A stretch of DNA of 62,063 nt, the filler included, from Rhabdomonas costata (lineage: Eukaryota): assembly GCA_019059605.1 (NCBI GenBank). It is 31 parts of 31 records of this genome, joined end to end, with 100 filler letters (N's around TTAATTAATTAA, not from the genome) between each part and the next. Parts side by side here need not be neighbours in the genome. Positions count along the whole stretch, not along the records: positions 36,098 to 38,002 come from JAHMHO010007538.1; positions 38,103 to 40,007 come from JAHMHO010007539.1; positions 40,108 to 42,012 come from JAHMHO010007540.1; positions 42,113 to 44,017 come from JAHMHO010007541.1; positions 44,118 to 46,022 come from JAHMHO010007542.1; positions 46,123 to 48,027 come from JAHMHO010007543.1; positions 48,128 to 50,032 come from JAHMHO010007544.1; 24 more parts are not named here. One strand, given 5' to 3'. Under the pieces are notes generated by a model, which saw only the letters and a program-made list of their open reading frames with translations, did not search any database and had not been told where the DNA came from. This document shows, piece after piece, positions 36,406-49,920 of the stretch (position 1 is the first letter of the stretch; each line of letters opens with the position of its first letter). A program made the position numbers and the translations under genes.

Positions 36406-36994
36406 TCACGGGTCACTGATGGCTCGGGCAGCTCCCGCCCCAACGCTCCCAGCATACTTCTCAATGTACTCCTGGAAGGACGTGGTAAAGGCGTGGCCCT
36501 GGCCAAAGAGCATCTTGGGGATCGGGGCAGTGGGCTTCAGGTGGAAACCGTATTTTGTGCAGATCGCCCGCAGCACGCTGGGGGTGATCGGCTTCTGCAC
36601 CACCTCATCCATGCCCACCGACAGACACGCCTGAACGCCAGCGCGAAAACTAGGGCAATCCAGAAGAAAACGCAAGTCCCAGTCAATGAAACACGTCCTT
36701 CACAATAAATGCTTTGCATCTCCGTTGCACAGCTCAACTCATTTTTACGACCACAAGCTCCGTCTGCATAGTTTGAAGCTCTTTTCCGCTTTACTACTGC
36801 ATCTATCCAGCTCCAAGCTCCCAAAGAAGCCAGGGCAATCGGACTGCAAGGGAAGACCTCATTGATATTCTCGTGGATGTCGGCAGTCTGCCCCACTATT
36901 GCGGCACGGACCCAACCCTGGTCAATCTCCATCTCCCGAATCTGCAGCGTCGCGTCGAACCCAGAGACTTTCGGCATGTGCACATCCATCAGAA
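36406..36994 (-). CDS. Response-regulator receiver domain of a hybrid histidine kinase, last exons 36994-36858 and 36630-36406
   Basis: LMDVHMPKVSGFDATLQIRE...IVGQTAD...E|ACLSVGMDEVVQKP contains the Asp, Thr and KP receiver motifs, with a canonical GT-AG intron. A likely upstream exon near 37860-37965 encodes RHVLLVSADAD. Confidence 0.92.
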
Positions 36995-38342
36995 CTGCAC
37001 ACCACACGTGCAACGAAACAAAAGGCCAGGAGATTAATCAGAATGCACTTAATTGAGCAGGGGGTTGGGGCGACACACGCAGTATGTCCATGAAAGAGGT
37101 GTGTGTGTGTGTGTGTGCTGCGTATGGCGCAGTCATGATATGATGGTTACCACTGAGGCATTTTCTTGTACTCCTACGCCCCCCTCCCCATCCCAGCAGA
37201 TCCAAATGATAGCCCGGGGCAAATATGGCCATGGGGTGAAAAACATTTTTGATTCAGCCGCGGTTCCCGAACAAAGGGCTTGGTAATTCACAAATGAGGC
37301 AGGCACACACAAAATGACATCACAAGTCAATCGCTTTCTCAGCACCGGGATAGGGAGGGGAAGGGAAGGGAAGGCAGACCAAGTGCGTAGCGTTTCTCGC
37401 GGCAAGCCTGCACGGCTTCATCCCCGTCCGCCACGCAGTCGATGCTCAGTCCATGCCTATGAGACACGCGTCCACAAGATACCTACCTATCTAAGTTACA
37501 GTTACCTAAGTTGCCTAACTATCCAAGTTGCGTGCAGTGGGCATACCACACATCCCGACACTCATTCACCATCGCAACATTGCTTCCACGCTCACAATCC
37601 GGAATTCTGGATCGGCAAGCCTGACCTGGCACGCCATTTGCAACTTATTAGGTGCTCAGGATGCTTAGGTGTATCTGCCAAAGGCGGAGCTGCCAACTAA
37701 CTATTAACAGTTCAAACACACAACCACAACAGCTTCCATCTCTTTGGGGAGTTGAGAATGCTCATCCGGGAATTAGTTTTTATAGCGCGGTGGGCATCTA
37801 CAATCGTTCATTGATCCTTCTGTCATGCAGTGCACCTTTTCCTTCACTACGAGCCACGTGACCGCCGGTCCATCCAGCCACAGCTGCAACAATCCCTCTG
37901 TCATATGCTGAATGTCAGCGTCCGCAGAAACCAGGAGCACGTGCCTCACTCCATTCGAACCCTCTGGTGTAATGAAGAAGAAGAAGAAGTAGAACCACAA
38001 CANNNNNNNNNNNNNNNNNNNNNNNNNNNNNNNNNNNNNNNNNNNNTTAATTAATTAANNNNNNNNNNNNNNNNNNNNNNNNNNNNNNNNNNNNNNNNNN
38101 NNGGGGGGGGGGTTGCGCGTACTCACACGAAAAAAAAACTGCAAGGGTCGAATTCACCGCGAACAGGGAAAATCAAAAGAGTTCAGCTCAATTCAAATGC
38201 GAGAAACCCAAAGAGCGGGGGGTCTCTGTATGGCAGTAATGGTGAGTCAGCGAGCAAACGAGTGAGTAAGTGAGAGAGTGATGCCTGTGTTTGTGTTCGT
38301 GTTTGTGTGTGCGTGTGTGCCGGACAGCGGCGCTGACACCGG

Positions 38343-39170
38343 TAGTCTGGCAACAGGTTCCAGTAGGGCGTTCAGGCGGAGCAGTGCAGAGGCCATGGGG
38401 AGGGCCCCCGGGGGGTGCCCCTCGGGCGGGTCCAGGAAGGCCTCCACCGAAAGCGGTGGTGCCGCATCCCTGCCGCCGGGAGGAGGGCCCTCCCCTTCCC
38501 CGGGAGGGCGCGAGAAGGTCCCCAGAAAGCTCCGCAGCAGCTGCCGGCTTGCGGGCTGACTGCCATACGCACGATCGAACTCCTGACCCCCAACCCAACC
38601 CAAAAGATACACATACAAAGGAATTTTTCGGGTGCTTCAGAGAAGGTGACCCATGGCTCGGTTCGTGAGACAGCTACCAGCGTGGCACCTAAACTGTTGT
38701 CTGTTGTCTACTCCATCTGGTGGACGTAAACAGGGTGGGGTCATGCTCATTTTTCACTGCTCCCTCCACTTCGTTTGATCTACTAAAAATGTCACCAGGA
38801 TGATCACAGGCCATGAGGCCACATGCTGTTGATCATCCAAAATAGAAACCCCTCGTCCTTCCGCCCAAAAACAAATTCGCTTGAAAGATACCTCAACTGA
38901 TGCGTAAAAAAAAAGTGGTGGAGCTACATTCGCCTTGATTAACAGTTGAATGATGATTGAAAAGGCACATATTTCGGGTCCTAACGGGTGTTCCAATTAC
39001 AATGGAACCGTTATTTTGAGATGAAAGGAGAAGATGATGGGGGGTGGGGTAAAGCACCTCCACCAGGTCCACGAAGCCAGACTCGCACAGCTTCTGCTCC
39101 GCCGCAGTGAAAGCAACACACATGGACTCCGCCCCCGAGATCATCGCTAAGCACTCTGCCAGCGGGACGC
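38343..39170 (-). CDS. Hypothetical protein exons
   Basis: Two GC-rich frames ending at GT donors (…LCESGFVDLVE|gt and …LLEPVARLP). No family recognised. Confidence 0.35.
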
Positions 39171-40107
39171 TGCCGCTTTTAATGGAAGTGAATGGAAGGG
39201 GTGGAGGAAGGGGAATCGTTCCCTTTTGCCTATGAAGGGAATAGCCTGGGTTGCAGTGAAGTCATTGTGTTTTTATGAACGGATGTGGCGCGTGCTTCCT
39301 GCGACAGCACAGCTGCTGGCGGGGGTGTTGATGCGATTTCTTGGACTCAGAAGGGCAGGAAACAGCTGAAGACGCACGCACGAATATCTACGCTTGCGAC
39401 GAAGGACTCGGTGTGAATTTCTTCGCATTGCGCCGCTGTTTGCAGCCCTCCTTCTGACTGCATGAAAAACAGTGCTTATAGCTCCGCTTGAACCAACTGA
39501 AACTTTTGCTGTTTGCTCTATTTGTGACCTTGGCTGGAAGGGGACGCTTCTGCGTTGTTGAAGGACGAGCCCATCAGTATTCTCTGCTCCCATATGATCT
39601 TTTCTACTGCTACAAAAAAACAGCGTCATTCTCATTGCACCAAAGCAAGCACAGGAATGGCCGCAACAGCTCAACCGTGGATGGAAGGTGTGTATTTTGG
39701 CACATCGGGGCATGAACTTGTTTGGAAAGGAAAGAGAGGGTTCTGTCAAGGAGTCACTGAATCCTCACTCCCCGGTTGGCTTGGAATACGAATGAGACGC
39801 TTGGACTCCATCACACGGCACGTTGTCACTTCTTCCCAACCTCTCATTTCTGTCTCTAGACGAAGTGGTGGGGTACGTGTGCCACACACGCACACCACAC
39901 ACACCTCACTGGAGTGCGGGGCAGACCACGGGCCTGGAACAGCCTCTGCACCGTAGCGGCAATGGTGCCGCACATCGACCGGAACACCGCCGCTCCCCCA
40001 CAACCCCNNNNNNNNNNNNNNNNNNNNNNNNNNNNNNNNNNNNNNNNNNNNTTAATTAATTAANNNNNNNNNNNNNNNNNNNNNNNNNNNNNNNNNNNNN
40101 NNNNNNN

Positions 40108-41414
40108 TGTGTTGGGGTGTCAGTCACAGGCTGCGTTAAGCTGGGGCTTCGGGTGAGGGACATTGTCGCGGTGTGGCTGAGCGAAGCAGTTAGAGTGAGC
40201 GTGCGGGTGGGCACCGGGGTGAGTGAACCGGTACGAGTGTGAGTTAGGGAGGCAGTCGGGGAGAGAGTGAGGGTGGGGATGTTTGTTGGGGTGGCCGTGG
40301 GAGTGGCCACAGGGGTGGCACTAGCGGTGGGCGTCGCCGTGTGAGTCCGCTCACCTATACGACATGAACAAGCTGGAATGGTATCAGCTGCAAAGCCCAT
40401 CAGTTGCCGCAGAAACGGAAGCCAACGTTCCTGGTAATCCCACCACACGCATGCATCAGCGTGTAGATATTTTTGAGTTCGGTGACGGCATCCCCCCCCA
40501 CTCTACCCGACGTATCTTTTGGCCGGGAGGGGCTGATTGGTAACAATTGTACCCTCCACAACAGCATTGCGATCCCATCCTCCCATTTAAAATGAATACC
40601 GGTTACCACAGAATGAATACCGGTTACCCCCTCCCCTCCAACCCGCCCAACCACAGTTCAACCATGCGTCATTGTTTTCCATTACCATTTAGCACCAAAG
40701 CAAGAAGAAAACGTTGTGGCGGTAAGCATACGGCAGGGCGGACCCCCGTATTCGTCGCTCTTGTCCTTGCAATCGCACACCCCGTTGCCCTTCTCGTTCC
40801 ACGGGATGCACTCCCCGTCGTTGCACAGGAACCCCGCACAGGCTGCGAAAAATCCAAAAAGAAAAAAAAACAACCAACACCCACACCCGTGGCCGGGCTA
40901 GCCCCCCCCCCTCTCTCTCTCTCTCTGAAGCAATAGGTGAAGAGCTGGGAAGGGCAAAGAATGGAGAATCCTCTCTACGCGCAGGTGTAGTGTCTCTCTG
41001 ATGACGTTTCCTTTTTTTGCGGTTTGGAGTATGATTGCTGGGGAGAGAAATGGAAGCGCTTTTCACCCACCCAGAAACCCAGTTTAGCTGCAACGCCACG
41101 CAGGGACAGCATACTGGTGCACTGTGCGACTAAGGCAGGGTCCCAGACGTCCCAGAACCCATTCCAGACTGCCCACGTTCCAGTGAGCTTGTCCGGGGTA
41201 GAGGCGTTCTGGGGGTTGAACGCGACGTACAGCGCCGCGCCCAGCACCGCCTCAATGGCCCACCCCTGCACCGCAGGGGCGTAGCACAGGTACAGCTGGG
41301 TGGCGGTGTTGTAGTAGTATGGGCGGCCCAGGTAGAGCCCCGTGTCGTGGTAGACTCCGATAATCGAAGGTGGGCTCTGCGGCCCTCCCGTGACCACCAA
41401 ATCACAATTCGGGC
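40108..41414 (-). CDS. Surface protein with an LDL-receptor class A repeat and a Thr/Ser-rich stalk, partial; exons 41414-41115, 40842-40732 and a distal exon
   Basis: FLCNDGECIPWNEKGNGVCDCKDKSDE is an LDLa motif. TATPTASATP...TLTLTASLSHT is a mucin-like stalk. Canonical junctions. Confidence 0.8.
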
Positions 41415-42112
41415 CTAACATTTTATTTAGCGGAGGAGGAAGTGCGCGGATGACACCGACCTTTGCACTCGGTAGAGACACATCCCTCCACTTCTTCTTC
41501 TGCAACCAACACACCTCTATGCATAGATACCAATGCGGATGGCTATCGCTGCGATGCGTGGGGGGTATGCTGCACAATGGGTACACAAGCGAAAGTAACG
41601 TAGCGTAGGTATACGCTCGACCAGGCAACAATTTAGAACCTATACATCTTTGGGCAGGATGCGAAGGAGTGGGAAACCCTCTTTCTGCAGCATAAGTGAG
41701 GTATGTTAAACATCTGAGATCGATCAATGCTAAGCAGGGGACTGCAGGGACCAGTTCTACCGCACGCACACACACACACATGCGCGCGCACACACAAACG
41801 CTTTGTGCACTTGGCCAAAACGACTTTTTTATTTTCACACACACACACACCGGGGCCAGAAGAATGAACCACAGGAAGGGAGAAGGCCAGCACTCCCCAC
41901 CACACCAGGGCATAATGGCCTCCTCCCAGAGCCTTCCTCATACAATAACGGACCCACCCCGTGGACTGCAACCTGTCACACGAGGTCGGCGGAAGGCGAG
42001 CAAACCAACAAANNNNNNNNNNNNNNNNNNNNNNNNNNNNNNNNNNNNNNNNNNNNTTAATTAATTAANNNNNNNNNNNNNNNNNNNNNNNNNNNNNNNN
42101 NNNNNNNNNNNN

Positions 42113-43835
42113 TGGTGTCGTTCTGAAGGGCGTCGGCGTGGGCCTGGTAGATCAACGCCAGGTCGGGGCTGCTCTCCAGCTCACTAATGGTGCGCAGCTC
42201 GCGCCCTTGTGGTTAATTGTTTTATTCTGCATACACCAAAAACTCTTGCTCTTTGTTTCGTCTCACATTAGCACTTAACTGAGACGAAATAGCAACTAGG
42301 AAAAGCGGCAGTCCAGATTCACTGGTGCACAACATGTTGAGCAGCAGAGGAGAGGGTTAGCCCACCAGACAACATCATTCCCAAGATTCAGGATGGTATG
42401 ATTGAGAGTGGAGTACAGGTTTGAACAGTGGAGGAATTTCTCGCCTTACAACAAGCAACTAGCAATACCTAGCAAAACCTACCTGGCAAAAAAAACTAGG
42501 AAACAAGGAATATACTCCATTCATACACGTCCCCTTACTTGGTCCACTTGCACGTATTTAAAAGAGAAGGCATTCCTCCCCTCCCCTTCCCAAACCGCCT
42601 CCAATATTCCATTGTCATGTTTGTGAGTTTGGAGATGGGGTAAAGGTGGAATGAATTTTCCGCTCGCACCTCTCCTCCCGCTCCCAATAGGCTGCTTCGT
42701 TTTTTTTGACCCACGATGAATCCGGTGACTGTATTGAGAAAGCGCGGAAGTCTCGAGCTGACCAAACTCGGACCCTCCCTTGACAGCGATCACAGAAGGT
42801 CAAGGTCCTGGTACGGTGCACCTATTCTGATGCAAGCCTCGCGGTCCTTCGATGTCTTCGTCCACAAAGAGAGGCGGGTGACATGGCGGCGCAGGCTGAG
42901 AACCACCCCGCAGATCTCATCGCCGTCCGAGAATTGCTCCCCGACGAGGGCCATGCACAAACGCAGCCAGGCGCTGTCCGTCTTTCCTTTTTGAAAAGCA
43001 GAGAGAAAAAAGCTGGCCGCTGAACCGGAAACAGGAGTGAAAAAGGGATCGGCACTTGCACCTGAAAGGGAAGAAAAGAGAAAAAGTGAGGGTTGAAAGG
43101 GAAGAAAAGAGAAAAAGTGAGGGTTGAAAGGGCACTTGGGTTGTGGATTGTGTGGGATACAAGACATTCCCACCAATGTCCACAAAGAGCAGCGGCACGA
43201 AACGAAGCGGGCAGCAAAACGGGCGGTTTGGAGTTGCGCACGTGGCAGGGGTAGCATGAGCACGAGTAGGAAGCTGGAGGGGCGTGGAAGAGGTTTGAAG
43301 GATGTGGTCCTGGAATTAGAGAAATTGGAAAGGAAACGAGAAGTTCTCTCTGCCCCCTGCACAACATAGAGCAGTCTGGCCGCAAGTAAAACACAACGTT
43401 TGGTGACATTGTGGTTTCCGTTACGCCCATCCGGCACCCTCGGCCTGTTCCATTCTTGAACTTTATGTGCCTTCTTCTGTTCCCTCCATTGTCAATATCA
43501 TTCTTCACCTCGCCTCACGGATGACTACCGTATAAACGGCTCCACAGGGGGGTTCTAACCGAAGAATTATTCACGTGCAATTTTCATGGCCACAGCTAAT
43601 GTTGTCAGCTGGTATCCAACGAGATGCTGATGGAGTACTTTTACGATTGATAATGCGACGAGACTGCGGTGCGCAAACCTTTCCATTTGCTGTTCATTGA
43701 AACAATCCACTTTCCCCCCTTGCGATTGCTCTCGTGCTCCCAGGCCGGCTTGATCCCCGCACGGAAAAGGTGCAGGTTGTTGCCCAGAGGAATGGACAAC
43801 GGAGGCAGCATGTTGTTGAACACACCCCAAAAACC
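42113..43835 (-). CDS. eIF4E: Translation initiation factor eIF4E, partial; exons 43835-43679, 42986-42822, 42205-42113
   Basis: Spliced GFWGVFNN...LFRAGIKPAWEHESNRKGGKW...WLRLCMALVGEQF...ICGVVLSLR...LSLWT...IGRELR...YQAHAD. All junctions are GT-AG and in frame. Confidence 0.96.
43063..43132. repeat. Tandem 31-bp duplication in an eIF4E intron
   Basis: tgaaagggaagaaaagagaaaaagtgagggt occurs twice. Confidence 0.85.
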
Positions 43836-46218
43836 CTGAGAGAGCGTGAACGTGAAAGAGTTTGCGATCAGTGGTAAGTGAGCTCAGCCGCAACTGGAGT
43901 GAGAGCAATTTGAACCCAGCGGATCGGTCCGTCAAGAAGGCGCCCGTTCCGCCTCCGTTCCGCGCTCTTCGTCGAATTCACTCTGCAACTGACCCAACCA
44001 ACCAAACACACCACACANNNNNNNNNNNNNNNNNNNNNNNNNNNNNNNNNNNNNNNNNNNNTTAATTAATTAANNNNNNNNNNNNNNNNNNNNNNNNNNN
44101 NNNNNNNNNNNNNNNNNTGTGTGGGTGGGAGAACAGGCACGCCAGCGGGTGGAAGGGCGGGAAGGTCTTCCACAGCCAGCGCGCCATGGTCAGCGGGGTG
44201 AGCAGCAGCCGCACCTCGGTAATGTGGTGGTCGGCCGGGACGCGAGAGAAGCTCGGCGGGAGGCCCATGGGAAAATCGCGGGCCCATCGATGCCACCCCT
44301 CGCCGGGCAAGGAGCGGCCAAATGGGACTCTCGAGGGATGCCAAAAAACCTTTTTCGCGGGAGGAATATTAAAGAAAGGTTTGGGAACAGGTTACAAAAT
44401 GAGAATGCATACCCGTTCGTACTTCTATCACCAACAGAGAGAGCAGAGCGAATGCATATGCCCGAATAAATATTTTACGCGAAAGATCTCCCGAAACAAT
44501 GCGGTACGGCTGGTCCTCTTACCCGCGACAGGTGCGTAAAGAAGAGCTTGACACGGATGAGTTACTTTGTGCCCTCGCACACTGGTCACAGTATCCTATG
44601 TGCACATGCGGGGGCGGCTTTCAAGCTGCCCACACCAAGTCTCGGAACACGTACAGCCACAGCAGCGAGAACATGATGATCCACAACACCAGGAAGGATT
44701 CTCGTTGCATTCAAGCGAAAATAGGGGGGGAGGGGGCAGGAAACGATCCGCTACAAGGACAAGGTGTGAAGACGTGTAGGAAGAACCCACACAGCAAACA
44801 GCAGTGGCAGAAGTATCAGGAGCGGGAAAAAGATGTGTGTGGGGATATCCACTGCTAAGCAAATGGAAGAAACCCATGCTTGCCCATAAATGATCCTCGG
44901 ATCCTAACGCTTTCAACACAGTGCAGAACGAATGACAGGTGTGCAACCGTCTGCTCTGCCCAAAGCAAAGTCATTGTACTCCTCTACTCCTCGAAGCATT
45001 ATCGGCTTGGGTGAGCCGAAGGCGGACAAATTAGCTGACTCCAGTGAAGTGGACCAGTTACGAAGAAAGCTAAAACACGATTATAGAACTCAAGTTCGGA
45101 GGGCCCTGCATAATTTTGTGTGCATGTAAAGATAGGAGGGATTAAAAGTGTATTGGTGTAAAATGTTTTCCACCAAATATTCCAAAATTTCTAACTCCTA
45201 TAACTCAAAAACCTCAAACCCAAGAGCCAAGCCTCTCAGTTGACGGTGCAGCCTTGTTTCGAGTCAAATTAACGCCGTTAAATCATCGAACGTCCCTAGC
45301 TGCAGTACATCCTCGGACGCTAAGCCGCTATGCACATCGTAAAACTCATAAACGTCGAAAGTGTTAAGTAGGGCGAAGATGTTTAATTTCGGGTTCGTCC
45401 CCCAAGGCAACCATCCGTGAGAAGAGCTTAACGGCTTATGGAGTGCTCGGAAAAAGGGTCTCCTCCTCCCTCCGCTGAATCCAACCGGAAAGAGTTGGCA
45501 CGAAGCACAGCACGGATTTTCCCTCTACGGCTCCCACGCGGAACAGCTCACGCGCGGGGCGCCCACACGGAAGTGCTCGCGCGTGGGCAGGTCACATCTT
45601 CCCCACACAATGGAACTGAGAAAAGAAAGACAGAAGCCAAACGGCCACAGCGCCTCCCAAACGGCCGCGGGACGAGAGGTCACAGGAAAAACCCTAAGAA
45701 GCGACAAGCGAGTGTACTCCACAAGAAAATGTAGAAAAAATGCACGGACACATGGCGTGCCCATCAGCCCTGGAACGCACGCACAACCGAAAAATGGCAG
45801 AGAGGTGGTGAAAAAATGTGGAGGCATTGTAAAATGTCGAGTAGGCAGGAGGAGTATTCTGGACGATCTTGCGCAAGCTGCCTTGCTTCCTGCTGAGGTA
45901 CGTTAGGTGTGCACAACCGCACCGAAGGGTGGTCCTCACCAGAAGCCAACACTCATTCTCGAAAGCTGCCCACTAAAAAACAGACAGCAAAAAGTCACCA
46001 CGAGGCACAACCAACTACCACANNNNNNNNNNNNNNNNNNNNNNNNNNNNNNNNNNNNNNNNNNNNTTAATTAATTAANNNNNNNNNNNNNNNNNNNNNN
46101 NNNNNNNNNNNNNNNNNNNNNNATACTACCACAACCAAATATACCAAAATACTCCATCAGTTCAGTGGGAAGGGCCAAGCAAGCGCGGTCTCGAAGCGGG
46201 CGGAAGTGGGGTGCATAC

Positions 46219-47991
46219 CTCGGTAGCTCCCAAGATCACCATGTCCAGCAAGTCACACACGCAACCCTTGCTGGTGGGGTTGGCGTAGGTATCGATACTA
46301 ATTTCCACGTGGCGCGAGGCGTCCTCTCGGAGCGACTTCACTGCCTCCAGATCAAAGGCCTTGGGAGGATAAAGGAAAGCTGTCATTGCAAATGCAGCTT
46401 GGGACTTGCTGGGCCATCCCTGATTTCATTTCAAATTTCTTCATCATAATCCACCCGACAAGCAATCAGCCCAGCCCCTTGCTACATCCTGACATGACCA
46501 CAGGAGAGCCAGAGCGTTTGGTAGACCCTTAGGGCAGCACACTCAAAATTCAGAGCTCAGTGAGCTGCATGGAACTTCGGGTAACCCACCACCATTTTTT
46601 TTTACCACATGCAGTGCAAATTCCGAGTAATCCACATTTTTGCAAACACCATTGTCCTCTCAAGAGCGACAAAATATATCGAAGCGTAACTCAATTGTTC
46701 CTCAGTAATATCAACCAACCCCATCTCTCTCTGGGTCAGTATGATGCCTGGCAGCACGTCAGTTTCACCACCAGATCATCGTGCAGCATCTTTACCAATG
46801 CGGCCGAGGTTCCCCCAAGAACCTTGCCTTATAATTTGTAACCCCCAAATAAACAGTAAGATGTTCGCCCAAATGCAACTCTAGATACCCCGGTGGAGCA
46901 AGTGCACGTATGCATGTGTGCGGCTGCGGGTCTGGACATTGAATCCCTCTCAATACGCAGTACCTAGACCGGATTTTCATTTCTTCTTACGTCAATCCCA
47001 CTCACCGAACAAAATGTTTCTTCCCGAGACCCCGATTTCAACTATTGGCTTTTTCACCATCTGATCAATTTTGTTGACTGACTCTTCATCTGCTTTGCGT
47101 GCACTGGAGACTCCGCTAGTGCTTCAGTGTGGGGTGAAGGTGCCTCCACCCTTTGCATTCATTAACGCAAAACCGGTGATACTTTGTCATCGACACTCTG
47201 AAGATGGAGTGCACAACGGTTCAGGAGAGGTGGGAGTTGTCTGACACATCACACCGGAAACGATCTTCGAGGGGTCCCCGAGGGACTCCACCACCACCAC
47301 AAAGTCAACTTGGGAGCCCGGAATGGAGATGGGCACCACTGGGAAGGGTACAAGGTGGTCGGTAACCACAATCACTGTTTTGGCTAGAAGCGCATCAGCG
47401 TGAGCATAGGAAAGAGGCCCACACGCCGATGGCCCACTGAAAGATTGGTGGGGACAAAAACCCAATGAGGCAGTGGTGAGAAGAAGGGATGCCTTGCCAG
47501 AGTATGAACAAACCACTACTGAATCAATTGCACCACAAAGAAGTCTGTGACTCATGACCACACCAACCCCTGTGATGAACTAAGCCCAGTCCCCGAGGAG
47601 CCATTGGCGAACGCCAACAACATCACGACCACACGAAGAGGAAGATGTCTATCCTCTCCGCATGAGGCATGAGGCATGAGGTGAATCCGTGCATCGGATT
47701 ATTGGAGTTCTCCGATCAAATTAAGAAACCAACTCAAACCCATATTCATCACATTTTTCAACAACGGATAGGTTCCCTGATGTCTGCTGGTGTTTGGCAT
47801 TGTCCATCCTGTCCATATGCATGCCCATTGCAGGTGCAAAAAGATGGCAACCTACCCCACGCCGTTGCAATTGCCAAACTCATCGGCCGTGGGAGCAGCA
47901 ATGACCGCGATATCCACGCAGAGTTCACCCTGGTGCAGGGCGCGCACCCGACCGCCGTGCGAGCGAAGCACTGCAACTCCAGGCATCTTCC
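46219..47991 (-). CDS. citF: Citrate lyase alpha chain / citrate CoA-transferase, intron-containing, partial; exons 47991-47856, 47436-47255, about 46827-46748, 46359-46219
   Basis: LRSHGGRVRALHQGELCVDIAVIAAPTADEFGNCNG, GPSACGPLSYAHADA...VDFVVVVESLGDPSKIVSG, LGGTSAALVKML...Q|AFDLEAVKSL and HVEISIDTYANPTSKG...LDMVILGATE are collinear with bacterial CitF. Confidence 0.92.
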
Positions 47992-49274
47992 CTATAATCA
48001 CACACCACAATGACGGCCACAACAACCNNNNNNNNNNNNNNNNNNNNNNNNNNNNNNNNNNNNNNNNNNNNTTAATTAATTAANNNNNNNNNNNNNNNNN
48101 NNNNNNNNNNNNNNNNNNNNNNNNNNNCCGAAGGGAGGGAAGGGTCGGGGTTGCTCAGTTGCTCAATCCTTCCATTTTCCTTCATAGTCGAGCACCCCAC
48201 CCTTCACCCATGACTAAGCTATCTTCGGTTTTCAATGGAAAAATGGTTTTTGTCGTAGCGTCAGTCCACGGCAGCATCAGTATGAAAATACAGAAGTTAG
48301 TGGGTGCAAAAGAACAGCGAAGACAACTTTGGGAGACCTTGCAAGCCGTAGGAGGCCACCACGGCAAACACACCACCACCAACAACAACTGGGGTCCCAT
48401 TTCTCAGTGGCCCAAACTACATCTGTTGAATTTTTATACTGACACTACAAGGAGAGAATACTCTTGTAGGGATACGGTTACCGGAGGTGTACGCGGGGGC
48501 TGGAAGAGCGCGGAAGTTCGAGCTGACGGCGGGAGAAGAGGAGACGGCGTAGTAGTCTGCCGTGGTGGAGAACATGGACGGAGACCGAGAGGAGGCGGAG
48601 GAACCCGGGAACTGTTGCTGCTGAGGATCAAGGAGAGAATTGAATGCAGAGCATGTTGGAGTCGTCACAGAACACAGAAGAATAACACCCACCCACCAGT
48701 CCATACCAATCCCCAACACCCAACGCGTGATCACAATCTTCTTAAAAGAGGATTTACTCATTCTTAAGGTTTTGGGCCTTTATTGACGTTCTTTTCGTGT
48801 GTCTCAAAACGGCATCCCACCAGGGGGTGAAAATCTGATGGAGCTGCCCCCCTTCCACCGGCTAAAACGACAACTTTTGGGCCACGTCGCCCGTCTCTTC
48901 CAGCATTGTCCAAAACTGGGGGGGGGGGTGCGAGATCATCCATTTTTGCGTCCAAGCCACAGACTGCTCCTTATGAGCGCAAGACAACGTCAAGGGGACA
49001 AATATTCTATTTTATTGCTTCTTTCCTGAATCGCTTTATCGGCCGCACGCTTACTGAACATTCTTTCGCCCTGTACTGCCGTTGTCAGCTCTTGCAGTTT
49101 CGACTCTCTGTCGCGCCGTCTGGTGGTGAGGGAGTGCATGAGCCAACTCAGCATTCCAGATAATTAATGGAACTTATCAACCTGCCCCCCAACCAAAAAA
49201 AAACTCTTGTTAAGGTAAATCGTCTCGGACTTTGCGGCAACTTGCAGTTCAAGCTAAACATTCTGCAGCTATAC

Positions 49275-49920
49275 CAAACGAAGCAGTAGTTTGGCGCCCC
49301 TCTGGATCTTGGAGAGCACTTTGGAGCGCCATCGATATTTCGCCAAAAAAAAATAGCGCTCGATGTCGCCCGAACGAAGGCTCCTGTTCACCAAATTCAA
49401 AAAGATACCGAAACCGTAATTCAACACGATTGTCACGGCGTGACATCGTGGCGTTGACAAACTGCCGGGAACGTGACAAGGTGTGGATAAGAACGAGTAG
49501 AGAGTACCCACCCCCCAAGCCCACCCCCGCTCGCATACGTAGTACTGGTACAGCATGGAGTTGTGGGCCTCCGACGCGTGCTTCTTGCGCAGCGCATAGT
49601 CCTTGAAAACGCCACGACAGAAATAAAATGCAAAAATGGGATGGAGAGGTTTTGCAAACCAGCAATGTACTGTATGTGTGAGAGGAGAGGAGAAGAGAAA
49701 CCTACCAAAGATGGATGGCCACAACCACGTTAGAAAGCAACAGGACGCACACAGAGCGCATGCCGACCCGAACCACATTACACCGACGCCTTGGCCCTTA
49801 GCTAAAAACCAAATCCCATTAACCAAAAACACGAAGCCGTTCTCGGGATGGGGAAGGGCAACTCTCTTCAGAGGAAACCACCCCTCATCAAAATCACCGT
49901 GCAACTCATCTGCATGGAAC
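49275..49920 (-). CDS. Hypothetical protein, short exons
   Basis: Frames DYALRKKHASEAHNSMLYQYY|FVNATMSRRDNRVELRFRYLFEFG joined by a short GT-AG intron. Family not recognised. Confidence 0.4.

Noticed and set aside
44118-44340. Possible lipoxygenase-like exon (WHRWARDFPMGLPP)
   Set aside because: Too short and no diagnostic motif.
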